From Phoronis australis (taxonomy: Eukaryota; Animalia; Phoronida), in contig NMRA01000148.1 of the NCBI GenBank assembly GCA_002633005.1, forward strand, positions 310,001 through 374,000: a DNA stretch of 64,000 bases, in the 5' to 3' direction. Positions 41,878 through 55,198 of the stretch are shown piece by piece (position 1 is the stretch's first letter; every line of letters begins with the position of its first letter). The translations under genes and the position numbers were made by a program. The notes under the pieces are model-generated. The model worked only from the letters and a program-made list of their open reading frames with translations. It had not been told where the DNA came from and ran no database searches.

Positions 41878-42786
41878 CATAGGCGGATTTAGGGGGGGCC
41901 CAGGGGGCCCGGCCCCGCCCCCCCCCCCTCTTGGCTGCCGCAAAAAAATAAAACAGCAAGAACGTAGTCAAATTCGGAACACGGCTCAATCGTAACGAAA
42001 CTATGGCTAAGTATAGGCTCTCCCGCGATACCCCAGGCGACCGGCAGTGGCGCTGCGCACTACGACTCCGTTTCCGTCGTCTGCTTTACTGTGCAATGAA
42101 GAAAATTACTTCTGATTTTTTTAAAGTAAATGGAATCTGAGTGACGATGAAAAAACAGAAGCTGCTAGTAAGATGTCAATTTTAATCGAAGCCCTTGTGA
42201 ATCACTCAGAAACTCATAATTCTCTCTTTGTCAAACCTTAACTTAAGACGATTTCCAAAGCATTTGCGTCATTAATGCCAACACAAAAAACGGATTTGGT
42301 CTTTTGAGCAATTGAAGACTATTTAAAATACAACAAATTTGTTACGAACTGATTGCACAAATATAAAAAGTGTAATAAGCATTACAAAAAAGTAGGTTTC
42401 GCGAGCAAACTCTGTGGACCATAAACAAGCACAGACTAAATAATATCTATGAAACAAGTAGTTCTCATATTATCAAGATCACGAGTGAAGTCGTGGTGGT
42501 GCAGTGGTAAAGCACGCGCGCTCTATCCGTCAGGTCTTGAGTTCGAGTCTGTGATCATTGCCGGTTTTCATGTTTGACATGTTCCGTTTTTTTGTTTTTT
42601 TCTTTGCCTTTTTTCTTGAATAATACTTCAGGAATCAAGGAAAATGCTTGATTTTTAGAGGAAAAAACAGAAAAATTTTCCTGGGCGGGAGGGGGGCCGA
42701 CCACCCTCCCGACCTCCCCCCATTCGGTGCTATGCACAAATGTTTTCAGTGTTGGGCCCCCCTTGTGATATCCTAGATCCGCCACT
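41878..42786. mobile_element. MITE-like element(s) with CA(T/G)(A/T)GGCGGAT termini and an internal tRNA-like segment
   Basis: Left cataggcggatttaggggggg, right cctagatccgccactg; tRNA-like A/B boxes at about 42490-42552. No clean TSD seen. Confidence 0.55.
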
Positions 42787-44511
42787 GGAACCAGTTTAAT
42801 ACCCCAGTTACCTTTTATACGTCACATTAAAAAAGATTGTGGGGAGCTGGCAACTTAATTACGAGAAAGCAAAACGAAAGCAACCAATGAAATCAGAGAA
42901 CGCACCTCGTGCATTTTCAGCCAACAGGAGACGACTAATATTCCACAAATTGCAAACTGTTGAGAGGTCACTATTTACAAAAGCGTGTCCCAGCAAACCA
43001 AAAAGAAACATTTGAGTAATTTCATATTAGATTGTTAATGGATACAATATTAAGTCACAACAAAGCGTTCTTGCAGCAATACAAATCCTATGGAATCGAA
43101 AGTGCTTAAGTCTATTAAAAAGATTGAAGTCTTCTCGAAACGCGTAAACACAAACTGCGTTGTTGTTTTTACCATGCCTTTAAAAATTGGCAAAATCCTT
43201 TTTGGGACATCAACAGAGTGGAATTTATGTAACTCATCATGTAGCTGACTTAAGATCAACCATACGAACAAATACTGGGATTTAGTCACCGAGCGTTCGA
43301 TGACATCGCAGACACGAAAGTGTGACTTCGTTATCCGACAATAATGGCGCGAACAGATCCCACTTCCCGTAGGTTATATGATAATATCCATGTTCACCAG
43401 AGATAATGGACAGCATTTAACTTTGTAGCTTAGTTAATTACGCAGGGTGTCATGGACTGTCGTATACTAAGCAACTATAAACGACTATTGATCTTTTAGT
43501 AAGAGTTGGCTAATTAGAGCTAAAATTCAATCAAAATATTGCTCCAGCTTTTACAGGGATTGTGAAATTGTATTGATTGAAAACAGGCAAGTTATAATTG
43601 TGCTTTGTGTGTCATTTTTGCGCTTCGGTTGAATGTGATCACACTTTGTAATGAAAATTTCGTGCAAGTCGTACATCTGCACAGGTATCAATTTAATAGT
43701 CGCGTTGAGATGTTGAAGATGGAGTAAAAGAGCCCTAAATGAACAAGTATAAGAACGTTTAATTAATTTCCTAAAAAACCCTCTGATGTCATGCTGTAGT
43801 TGCAGCATTTTTTATCGCAAAATGGTTTTACCTACTTACAGTACACCAACCTATAGCCTATTTACATTGGTAAATTCCTCGGTCATCTTTGGGTGTCAAG
43901 CATTATTAGAACCTTAGGGCAGGGTGAAGTACGGGGCTGGGGGCTGAAATGAACCCATGTAAACAGATCAGCACATGTTGGAAATGAGACTATACGAATG
44001 TCAATGCGATGTCCTCTACTCAAAGCTACCAAACACGGCGCTCAATGACCTATAATCCTTAATTTATCTCATTTTGTATGACTGCTTTCTTTTAGCGACT
44101 AGAGATTTCGAGAGAAACCACATTCGTCGAAGTAAGGCAACTGTCCAGACAGACTGCATAGACGAGAAGAAAACATGATTATATTTTTACAGGAACCATA
44201 AACATTTAACGTCCTAAAACGATAGACTCGTTATTACTTCCTGTAGCTATTTCAGGGGCCAAAACGACCATTTGATAAATTAATGTGACTTCCGTTTTTA
44301 CAATAGAAAACAGTATTTTCCCTGTACTAACATTTCTTTGTTGGAAACTCCAGCTTGTAACCATCATGTCATGCATTCCCAGTAAGGAAGACTGGGACAG
44401 ACGCATCAGGGAAATTGACTTCAAAGAAAAATACTTCACCTCAGGCAGCTCGTAACAGTAAAGAAAAAAAACGTTTGGAAATTTAATTTGTTATACGTGT
44501 TGTTATTGCAG

Positions 44512-44604
44512 GAATGGGTTCAACAGCGACAGTTATTGATGCTTGTGATTACGCTGAACGTTGGGCTAGCCACAATGTTCTTCAGTCTTATGTCACCACA
44601 GTGA
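44512..44604 (+). CDS. JPH: Junctophilin exon 5 (C-terminal ER/SR transmembrane anchor)
   Basis: ttgcag acceptor, phase 0: EWVQQRQLLMLVITLNVGLATMFFSLMSPQ*. The LNxGLA hydrophobic tail is typical of junctophilins. Absent from the ORF track. Confidence 0.95.
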   Translation, partial: EWVQQRQLLMLVITLNVGLATMFFSLMSPQ

Positions 44605-46858
44605 CATCACTTGGTATTGGCGCCTGCTGTGTGACCAAAGGCATGCAACAGCTCGCAAATAAACTGGCATTGCAGAGCGGACGACAACAACAACCAATGT
44701 TCCTGCCGTCCCACAAAGAGGGCATGACAGTCTTTGAGGAACTGGTCATTCTGAACGAAAGAGCAGGTTACGGACAGAATAGGTCCTGAAAGAACCGTTG
44801 GTTTTATACCTATCTGGGGAATTCGATGAACAAGGCTGAACTGCAACGAACCTTTACGAATTCAGAGCCTGATGCTCACTGATGTCGCCTGCTTAGGACC
44901 AGCGCAGACGGAGCGCTTCGAGCTGAGCTTACTGCCTAAAGTGAACGATGGTTGATCGGATAGCTCACGTCAAGGTGTGAAAAAACCGGCAGACATTGCC
45001 TGAACTAGCCGATGGTTAATTCAACTGTTGTCACTTTTACATGAGGTATTAAGCTCAGATGCTAGCTCTTCTGTCGTGGCGCTCAGTGAACTATGACGTA
45101 CAACCGAGTTGAAAAATAAAACACCATGTACCCACTCTAGTTATGGTGAATAGATGTAATTTCCTTTATTTTGTGAATTTTCTTCATAAGTCAAGGTTAC
45201 TACGATTTGGCATCTGTTGCCTGACCTTGGCCTTGCGATATGTTCACCCCAGAAATTGACTCATTCTCACATGGATCACTGGATTTTGTGATTGGCTAAT
45301 AGGTATTGATAGTTTACGTGAATACTTTTGAATCGGTTGCACGGGGCTAATTTATGTTTATTTACTATCGAAATGTCAGTGTCATGTTTAATTGTTTGTC
45401 ATTTATACTAGGTTAATGAAAATCGAGCTACGTTGGTTAAGTGGCTAATTGGTATACACACCACGTATCATCTGAATTAGGATGAACAATCAACTGATGT
45501 GTCTAGTCCTTACTTAATTTACGAAATGATTAAGCGAGAGGTTTGATGACTATATTTTCATCCACCGAAACTTATAACGAGGGGTTTCACTCTTTTCTGC
45601 ATTTTGTAGGCCTAAAGAGGGCAGGAATATGCGATAGGTGAAATCAGCGCGGTCATGTGCTCGCTCACAAAAGCACGGTCGAGAGACCTCGTGTACTCAC
45701 GCGCAACTCCGTCAAATGCTTAATTATTTGAACGCTCTCCTTGTCATGAGCAAAATTCATGAACCTTCTGTGACTCGTGGAAACTGGCCCGGGTCAATGA
45801 ATAATCATCAAGCGTGAATTTACTGAGGAAATAATGATCATCAATGTGAAATGTTACCCTCAAAAGGTGTAATTTGGGTTCTTGTTTCCCGTAGGAAATG
45901 ATTTCACGTTTCCTAGTTCTCCACCACCTCGATGTAAAAATCACGTAGTATTAGACACTTTAGCGCGTGCGATGTGAGAACCTGGTGACATCTGTTGAGT
46001 ATTTTTGGACAACAGTGAACGGATTTTGAGATTGAGAATCACGTCAGTAGTTGTAGTAAGCTGTGTTTGATACATTGCATAAAATGCAGGTCATTTTTAT
46101 AATTAAATTATCTGATACGAAAGCGAAGTGGTGAAATGAGTGAGGATTTAAATTAGTTATTGAAGTAGTTGTTGGTGACTTTGCTTAACAAGTGTCTGTT
46201 ACTAAATTCTTGTAAGGCAAACCTGGACATCTAATACGAATAGTTAGGGATGAAGAGAAAAAGCATATGTGGAATGGGAAAGATTTTCACAAAGAAAGAT
46301 AAACGGTTAAGTCGACAAGCTGTTGCATAATTGGTGTCTCCATTAGGCATAATACAATATTTGTGACTGGACATCGTTTAAGGTGATTTTGTTCAGCCTG
46401 CGAAATGCAGTGATCAGAATGCCAGGTAGGCAAACACCTTTGAAGGACAATGGACCAATATGGGTTAATAACACTTCCTCTTTTAAAAGCAAGTCAAAAT
46501 TCTCTTTATAATCCATGAGCAACAGTTGTAAACCATCCTTTTAGATAATTTGTTCAAGGGGTGACATTTCCATGATTTTGTGATGGAAATTTTCACTGGA
46601 AGACCACATAATATGCTCGTTAGTTTACAGAGGAGTTACACTTAACAGTTAGTGTTATACCCCAGGGTGAATGCATCGTTTAGGGTGTATATTTGAAGTG
46701 TGGTGTCTCTCCGTAATGGCTTCAGGTAATAGAACACTGTTTATTTGAGTCCTCTAGTCATGCTCTAAAGTTAACTAGTTCTCTATTTCGGAAGGTGCTT
46801 TGATCTGTCTACCTTTACACCTGCGTCAACCCTGTTTAGTTTGGCATGCAATTGTGTG

Positions 46859-46864
46859 AATAAA
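46859..46864 (+). terminator. Candidate junctophilin polyadenylation signal (3' UTR about 2.3 kb)
   Basis: AATAAA followed about 20-30 nt later by GT/T-rich ttggtgttttttttc. Confidence 0.45.
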
Positions 46865-47322
46865 AAGAGTAAATTGACCTTTGAATTGGTGTTTTTTTTC
46901 TTTTAGAAGTTATTACAATCTCAATAACCACTTTAATTTACATTTTCGATTGTGAATAGATGAATGTTAAAAAACGTGTACAACAAATGCTTATAGATTT
47001 CGTGCACAACTGCTACAAAAATAGCTCATAAAGCTACTTTATATTGAATGGTTTCAGTAAATATCATTATTACCCTGCGACATTCCGTTTCACACACTGA
47101 CAAGTGTTGAATATTTTTTTGATTTCGCAAGTCGTAAAAATAGAACTGTTGCTTTCTATGGTACTACTGTTGCTTGGATGGAGTGATAGTTGGCTTAATA
47201 ATTATCTTTTATCTCACTATGGGTAATAGTCACTTATACCAGGGGTCTGGCATTTTGAGAACTGCTTTTCTTTGCTGAATAAGAGGCATCAAACTAGTTC
47301 TCAAAATGGGAGATCCCTGTAG

Positions 47323-48136
47323 GGGCTGTTCCAGTAAAATCCGTGTGGGGGGGGGGCGGCAGTAGAAATAAAAATTCATGGGTGGTGGTCTTCAGAAAAA
47401 AGCTCAAATTATGGGTGGTTGTTCATGCAAGAAGTGATGCATTAAAAACGGGTGGTATTTTTTGACCTGTTAATGTTGACAGGTTGGTTACTTCAGCCCT
47501 CAAAACTCAAACAAATGCAATTGGCATCCCAACTTATCCCAATACAAAAAAGCCCATATTGCCAGTGAACAGAGTGCTATATGTTCACTAAGCCATTAAT
47601 CAAGTCATGGGCAACTTGATTTAAGCTAACTGTTTGTCTGCAGTCCTATTGAATTGAAAAGTTATGCAACACTAAACTGGTGTTAACACATATAAGAAAA
47701 TTGGTGATTTTTACATAAAAAGTATGAGGAGTAAGATAAACAAGTTCCAATATTCACTTGACATAGAAGTATACAAGAGTTCGTGGAGACAGTTTGAGAT
47801 TCATAGATCCTTATAATTGAAAAAATGTTCATTGAAATTATAGACACATGGTGAACAGAGACACTTGGTGGCTGCCAAAAGTATTGCTCACAGGCTACTT
47901 TAGTTTTTGATAATATTGGCAAAGACAACTAGTTCTTGTCTGTCAATCATCTAAGTTCTTAACAGGTCCTCCTGGAGGCAGTTTGTTTGCAAGTGTTGGA
48001 TTTTATATTTTAACCTATTAAAAATAATTAAAAAATTATGGGTCATGGGTTGGAGAAATAAATGAAAAATATGGGCGGTGGGTACGAAATAAAAGTGCCT
48101 TCCCCCCCTCCCATACAGATTTTGCTGGAACAGCCC
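47323..48136. mobile_element. PIF/Harbinger-like MITE (about 815 bp)
   Basis: TIRs gggctgttccagtaaaatccgtgtggg / cccatacagattttgctggaacagccc; 3-bp flanks tag / taa. Confidence 0.8.
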
Positions 48137-48169
48137 TAAGTGACTACTGCCTCTATTTGAAGTAGGCCA

Positions 48170-49490
48170 TTTTTGACCCGCCTAGGGAGTGCTCAGATGC
48201 ACAATATAAAGACAGATGACTCATCTACATAAAGTGTCTTGAACAAAAGTGGTCACAAAGGTTGCAGCACAATGCAGATTCACTGTGTTAAAACACCTGT
48301 CTACACACCTTGATTAGTCACATTCGACAAGTCATTTACAAAAGTCACATACAACGAAATGGAGTGTCTAGACAGGGTTTGAGGTGGACAACAAGTTGTA
48401 GTGGTCCGACAATAGACATATCCCATCCTCTCTGTGAAAGGAACTTGGCTGCCAAAGTTCATTAAGATTCATCAATGAATATTGCGTGGGACACACCTAC
48501 GAAATTTCATAAAGATCCTTTAAGGGATTTATTAGACAACAGCAACGCGGAGCATTGAAATGCATCCACAACTGCAACGCAAACAGAAGGAGGCAGCACA
48601 ATAGTCCGAATCGTCTGAAAATCATCATCAGCCATCTTCTTCACAGTAGATAGAGAGGCAAACGCCAAAAACGGACTAGAAAATGGTAAAAATGGCCACT
48701 AGATGGTGCACAATACGTAGAATCCATCCAAAAACAGGAACATGTCAACTTTTCTTTAATAGAAACTTATTTACCAAATCTCAAAAAATCCCGCAAGGAA
48801 CTTCAGAGAAACGGAGGAAAAGGAAAAAATGAAATTGCCACTAAGGGACACAGTTTTTGTCCCATCCGTCCAAAAATTGTCATCTGTTGTCAACTTCATA
48901 TAAATACATTTGCTAAACGAAATAAAGATCCTGCAGAAGGTTTAGGAAATACAACCATGGGCGCAAAAAAAAACAAACTGCAAATAGGAGGCACCACAGT
49001 AGTCAAAGTCATTGGAAAATCATTGTCAGCCGGCCTCTTCAGAGTAGGAACACATATGCAATTTTCACAATCATCCTTAGAATGGTTTGGTTGATAGAGA
49101 CAGATACAAAAACAGCATAAATGGCCATTAGGTGGAGCAAAATACCTTGAATCCATCCAAAGGGAGGATGGCATCATCTCACTAATAGATGCCTATATGA
49201 CAAATTTTATGAAAATCCATTCAGGACCTTTGAAGATACAGAGGGTAAACGTAAAAAAACTAAAATTGTCACTAGGGGGCACACCGGTAGTTGGATCTGT
49301 CCGAAAGTTCTCTCATGCGGTCCCATCGGATCCATGAAAGAAACACATGCAGAATTTCATGAACAATAAAAAGGGTTTCGGATTTAGAGCAGCGTACGCT
49401 AGACATCGAATGGATGCCGGACGGACTCCGGACTAACGGAAAGGGATGACAGCATAATGCGTCCACATTTAAATATGTGACAGACACCAG
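48170..49490 (-). mobile_element. HINE/Helentron-like element with tandem core repeats
   Basis: Reverse complement of the 36330-36690 family (actagggggcacaccggtag, ggacggac tract), with several diverged core units and a 3' end near gagtgctcagatgcac. Confidence 0.65.
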
Positions 49491-49558
49491 ACACTGATAC
49501 ATGTATTTGTGGGACCTTCAAATTTAAACCAACTGCTAAACTCAAGCTTTCATTTAAT

Positions 49559-49564
49559 TTTATT
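49559..49564 (-). terminator. Candidate KLHDC4 polyadenylation signal
   Basis: AATAAA on the minus strand about 540 nt past the stop codon. Confidence 0.4.
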
Positions 49565-50100
49565 ACTCAGCATCACTGGAGACTCAGTTTTAGCAAGCTG
49601 TGTGCTTTGTGAAATTACTTGGAGCAAGTGGCTGTTGGATAAAGGAAAAGAATGTATATCCCGAACAACACATTCAAAAGTTTTTCATGTCACGATACAA
49701 AGACATTCCAATCATTCACAATTACATTTCAATGATTTGACTAGGAGACTTCTTGCTGCCTTGAGAAGCTCTAAGCACATCTCCATGATACCACCCAGGA
49801 TACACCTCTACCATGCAATGATTTCCATTGACTAATATTAAGCTCATCAGACGTATCTCTGCAAACTGGAAAGGAACATCTTTCAAGACAATGAATGGCG
49901 ACTTTCTAATCTGATTTCTTAATGCAGCAAAACTCGCTCAAGTCCGCTGCACATAAGTCAAAATGCGATACAATCGTTCTAATTTGTGCATTTGGCTGCT
50001 CAGATCTGTCGCATTTCATCTTACTTAGATGAAATCTCTCCGTCAGGTTGGATCCGACTTACATGGGTTTTACTGTACTCACTATCCATGGCACATTTAC

Positions 50101-50294
50101 TCAGCTGGCATTCTGTTTATGAATCTCTCTACACATCTTGTAGGCAAGACGTTCAATTCCATCGGCCTTCGTGGCCTCTTGTTCATCTGTGCTCATGTCA
50201 TTCAGTATTAACTCAATCCAGACATCCTTTGTGCGATCAAAATAGTTTGTCAGAGTTTCACCTTTATTGATGTCGGGGAACTCAATTTCCATTT
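50101..50294 (-). CDS. KLHDC4: KLHDC4 last exon (DUF4110-like C-terminal domain)
   Basis: ttttcag acceptor, phase 1: (E)MEIEFPDINKGETLTNYFDRTKDVWIELIL...HKQNAS*. Confidence 0.85.
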
Positions 50295-51249
50295 CTGAAA
50301 AAAAGCGGAAGTCAAATGAAACTACAACACAAAGAAGTATATATTTAATCAGCCCTCCCATGTATCAGTCGGGGTATTTACAGAGTGAAACACCTTCATG
50401 CAAGTGTAATTGACCTATTGCAAGATCCGCCCCCTTGCAAAACGTGTCGTTTGTCGGGTAAAATGGCGGCTTGAAAACGAAGGTTTGTCAAGAATGCTGC
50501 GTTCTGACTGGTCAGATAAGTTATTCAAAATCCTGGCGATAGGTCAATTTAAGAGCCAGCTACTTAACACAAGTTTGAGAGTTGTATGCCACCGAAATTA
50601 TTGTTTAACTAATACCTCTTTGCCATTATCACAGAGCTTTAAAGCCTTATGCAGTGACTTCTCTGTAAACTATTGTTTTAGTTTACATTTTGGAGGGAAC
50701 CCTTCCTTTTGCTTTTCTAATACCGTGAATTAGCGTTCTTAGCAACACATGATAAAACCATGGATCGAATGGTAGCCATGGATTACTTCACTGACTGCCG
50801 CTAACTTGATTTATCTTAGTTTTAAATCTAATTAGTACTGTGTGGAACTTTAAAGACAGTTTAAAGAAAAACACTGTCAGAGATAAGGCCAAACAAAATA
50901 GCACAATTGGTTCTGGTCTGTCCCATATCACTTTTAGTGCAGTTCTTTCTTTCTCAAAACTACACAACATATCTTAGACAGTTTTTGTGACCAAAATGTC
51001 TTGTCAACCTACTGGGATGCACCTCTGTCATGACATTAATTGATAAAAACCAGGTTTCCAAAGGCAAGTGGTGTGGTTCTGAGTAACAGTCAAACATACT
51101 TTTTTGGCCTAACTTCCAAAAAATAAAATGTGGCATTTCCTGCTGAAAGTAACAACAGGTGCTTCATACTAAAAAGATACATCAGACGAAGTTCATTCAA
51201 TTGCTGCGACAGATGAAATAAACAGTTAATGAACAACTTAACAACATAC

Positions 51250-51251
51250 CC

Positions 51252-51299
<48 letters not shown>

Positions 51300-51364
51300 C
51301 CACTGCCATCACCATCAGCACTGTCACCATCCTCATCATCCTCTGAATCAGAACCAAGCCATTC
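51250..51364 (-). CDS. KLHDC4: KLHDC4 acidic exon with poly-Asp
   Basis: ttctag acceptor: EWLGSDSEDDEDGDSADGDGSG-D15-E; donor G|gtatgt. Corresponds to KLHDC4 EWLEETDSEED. Confidence 0.9.
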
Positions 51365-51849
51365 CTAGAAGCAAAAAAGTAACACAAGAGTGTAAAGTAG
51401 GCAAACATACAAGGCTGTAAGATAATGCCAACATCTGAGGTCAAACCTTTCAGGACCATGTCGCACTGAGGTAGTTCTGACAACATCCGAAAGGATTTTG
51501 ACACAGTGGGATGAAACTGAGTGGAAACCCACAAACTCTCATTATTATAGACTGTAAATTTCGCAATTAACATTAAAAAACACTAAGTGTTGTACAATCT
51601 GAGAAAGAACCTCACGGTCAGTGTCGTATTCAATGTGTTAAAGATTCCATTTCAACAAGTACCCAGCCACTTTTACCAAGATATTTAGCAGGACTCAGAT
51701 GTTCGGAGAATGAGTTTGGGTTGAAAGGGCCTTAACCACTGTATGAACCACAAAAGAACTTGGCAAGTTTCTTTCGTTTTTCTAAATTGTTCCAAATTGA
51801 AGATTTTACCAAACATGCAAGACAGACACCTCACAGATGTTACACGTAC

Positions 51850-52282
51850 CTGCTGGTCAACAGATCCTCTGTCCAGCACTGTCCATTCATCTTGCTTGTT
51901 AGTGTCCAGACTGTAGAAATCATCCATGGTGAACTGTTTATCACCCTGTTCATATATACCTCCGTATAGGAACAGTATTCCATTCTTAACGCACATGAGA
52001 GCGTTCATTCTATTGACAGGCGTGAAAAGTTTTGTCGACTGCTCCGAGTCAGAAGACATGCTTATGACACCGCCATCTGTCGAAGAACTACCTGTCTCCA
52101 TCTGAGCACCGACAGTCACTTTGAAGATACCATCGTCATACGTTGTCTCATCAAGATTGAGCTGCTGAATGTCTTGCTCCACTTCCATATCTCCATCATT
52201 AGAGACCTCTTCGTCTTCATCCATTGCTCCATCTTCCTTCTTGCGTCTCCGTTTCTTGTCTTGTGCTGCTACCTTCTTCCCT
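51850..52282 (-). CDS. KLHDC4: KLHDC4 exon (basic stretch plus last kelch repeat)
   Basis: GKKVAAQDKKRRRKK...LFLYGGIYEQGDKQFTMDDFYSLD...DQQ; ctctcag acceptor, gtacgt donor, phase 2 to 0. Confidence 0.95.
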
Positions 52283-53161
52283 CTGAGAGAATGGTTGAAA
52301 ATGAATACCAGAATCATCCATAGACAACCAAGGGGCGTATATTCAGAAAATTTCACATTTCGGAACCTTAAGTTAAGCCCTGGCATAATTTTGGAAGAGC
52401 CAAATATACGCGTGGGTGTGTCAATACATTAAACAATACTTAAATGGACAATTCCCAGGACTCTCTCCTCAATAATATACCGTAACAGGAACCTTTTGTC
52501 TAATCACTGATTGTTTGCAAATGAAAATGATAAAAGTTTTGGAGTCATTTTCCATGAAATTGGGGGAAAGGTTTAAAATTCAACAATGCAAAGTTTTTAT
52601 CCAAATACATGCCCTGGGCGAATTGTCGGAAATTTTCTTTATATATGCCCATGCATATGTGGATGGGCTCGTCAACAGAAAACTGCAGCAGGGTACAAGC
52701 AATCATTGATTTTTGTGAATGTCCAAACGGTACGGTCAAATGCTAAATATTTACATACACCAAAGCTTACAAACTTTATTTGAGCTGAGACAAAAGATTA
52801 CTTAGCAATTAGGTGCAGTAAAAATTTTTCAATTTGGACAAAAATAGTTGCTGAAATTTGCTATTTTTTATTTTTCAAAGGCTTTCAAATTGCAAATGTT
52901 CAAAAAATTACAAAAGTTTGTTTGGAGACAACTAAAAACAAAAACAAATTAAAACATTATATCCGTTGAGAAATTTGACGAAACAAAATTCCACTATGCC
53001 ACCATAACGTAACCTAAACTCAATCTTTTTACTGAAAATAGGTTAATTTTTTCATTTTTGTATGTAGAACACAAATGCATTGAACATAAGCATTTCTCCC
53101 ATTTTTTTATTCCATCAAACCTAAGTAACGCAGGTTGCTAGAGTGCACCTCTATTACTCAC

Positions 53162-53253
53162 TTGAGACTAAGGCCGTGCCAGCACCCCCTGTCAGCCTCT
53201 AGAAGAAACATGTCATTATAGAAGACTCCCTTCACATCCTCTTCCGTATCTTC
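53162..53253 (-). CDS. KLHDC4: KLHDC4 exon
   Basis: EDTEEDVKGVFYNDMFLLEADRGCWHGLSL(K); atttcag acceptor, gtgagt donor, phase 0 to 2. Confidence 0.93.
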
Positions 53254-55052
53254 CTGAAATCAACAACGAAGCAAATTTTTATTTTGGACAAGTGATCTAT
53301 GTTGCAGCTATGAATGAGACATCAATAAGCCGTTATTCAACTAACTCCAAGATATCCTGTCAGCAAGGACAGACAAAAATAATGCATTGGTATTTACATA
53401 GTAAGGATATGAAGCTGGAGTCACCCAACTCCAGTCATATTCATTAATATGACTTCAGGGTAAGTAAATGTAGCCATAGTAGAGAAGGTGGGCTTTACTG
53501 AATAGACACCAATGATTGGACAATAAAAAACTACATGAAAGTAACAAGTACAGTAGCGGCATCTTAAGTGTACAAGTAGTAACATATCCAGTTAACAACA
53601 CTGGAAATTCAACAACTGTGTGGATAGCATGCTTGTGCGTACATTTTATCAACCTTTATATCAAACCAAAGACCACGGAGCAGCTCGACATTGACAACAT
53701 AACTCATTTCTGTTAAGTTGTATTTACGGACGTTTTCCAACTTAAGGTGACGTAGGATCTGCATATTTATCCTAATATGTTAGAAGACTATGTATTTTGA
53801 CCCACTTAAAGAATATGTTTAATGAATTCAATGTAGAAAGCCTGTAGAATCTGAATTTTGACTTTTTACTAATCTGCCATAGATGGAGCCACGTGACTAT
53901 GTCTTTGTATTAAAAATTTAAAAATACCATGATAGCAAAACAATGGTATCAATAACATCATTTGATAATATTCAAGATGAAGTCTCAGAAACACTAGTTT
54001 TCTAAAATACCATTTGGTTTTTGTTTTGAGCAACTTAAGATTTTTTCACAGCCCCTCATGCAAAATCAATACTTGGCGAACAGTGCATAAATCATAGTAT
54101 ATGAAAGTTTCAACTAAATCCAATCAGCCATTTCCAAAATATGATGTTTTGAAGTTTGGAAATTTTTCTTACATAACCTTAGCAAGTCTCTATGTTAATA
54201 AAGGCGGAAGTAGAGACGGTCTGCCTTTCACTAAAATTACAGAGACCTCTGAGTGCAAATACCAGGTGACATTATCAAAAAAAGAACAAAATTGATCCCA
54301 TAATTCAATAAATTAAAACAAAGACTACATAAAAAACATCCAGCACCCACACACATATAAGTCCAGAGTGTTGGCAGTCTGGGTATGATATCACAAGGTA
54401 AGTCATGGCTACTCAGTAGTCGTACTCTTCTAATATTAATTTCATCCTTCAATTACACAACTTCTCAAAACTATCATTTTTAGTGAGTATTTAACCTTGG
54501 TAGGATACCTTTAGATTCAAATGAAATCTTTAGCCTTACAGCAAAAATCGAAAAATTAAGTAAAAAATTGACGTGCAAATATTTTATACTCTCAGTGATA
54601 ATTTGGGAAAACTAGTAATAAAGTGTGTTGCAGAGATGTGAATATAAAGTGACGTGTACACTGCCAAGTGTTTTAAGAATGAGTTTTGTGGCAAACATGA
54701 TCCAACGCAAATCACACACTCATGTCCAGTAAGTACTGTCATGTTGTGCTGGGGGAAAACACTGCATGAAGCAAGTTACGTGTGCCTCTGAGGTACATCA
54801 ATAATGCAAAGGTCATCCATTACCAGATTTTTGTCCACATTTCTAAACTATCTAAGAATACAACTACACAGCATGGAATATGTTAAAATAACCATTACTG
54901 TTTAGTTTCTGCAGTACCTAAGTATTTAGAAGCAAGCAAATACCCTGGCCCTTTAAGGTCAGAGATTGACATATAGGTCATACGTTATTTGAGTTTCAAT
55001 GAAGCAAGAGTCAATATTCTAAAAATCAGCACCAGAAGAATCTGGACAGTAC

Positions 55053-55198
55053 CTGGTCGTAGACACCACCAAACAGAATGGCCTTGTTTCCAGGTATAGA
55101 TATCATTGAGAATCCCGTTCGACGAGAAGGTCGATCCCCCGACTGTTTCAACGGTTGCCACTTCCACTTGGTAGGGGCTGGTGTCTCATCACCCTTAT
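55053..55198 (-). CDS. KLHDC4: KLHDC4 exon
   Basis: (D)KGDETPAPTKWKWQPLKQSGDRPSRRTGFSMISIPGNKAILFGGVYDQ; cttgcag acceptor, gtactg donor, phase 1 to 0. Confidence 0.95.

Noticed and set aside
44602-44634. Stop-codon read-through of junctophilin (TGA-C context)
   Set aside because: Context is TGA CAT rather than the strong TGA CTAG, the extension would be only about 10 aa, and there is no conservation evidence.
51229-51573. Poly-His and poly-Met ORFs (and the poly-His ORF at 26775-26957)
   Set aside because: Alternative frames of (GAT/ATC)n microsatellites; the real frame at 51.3 kb is the KLHDC4 poly-Asp.
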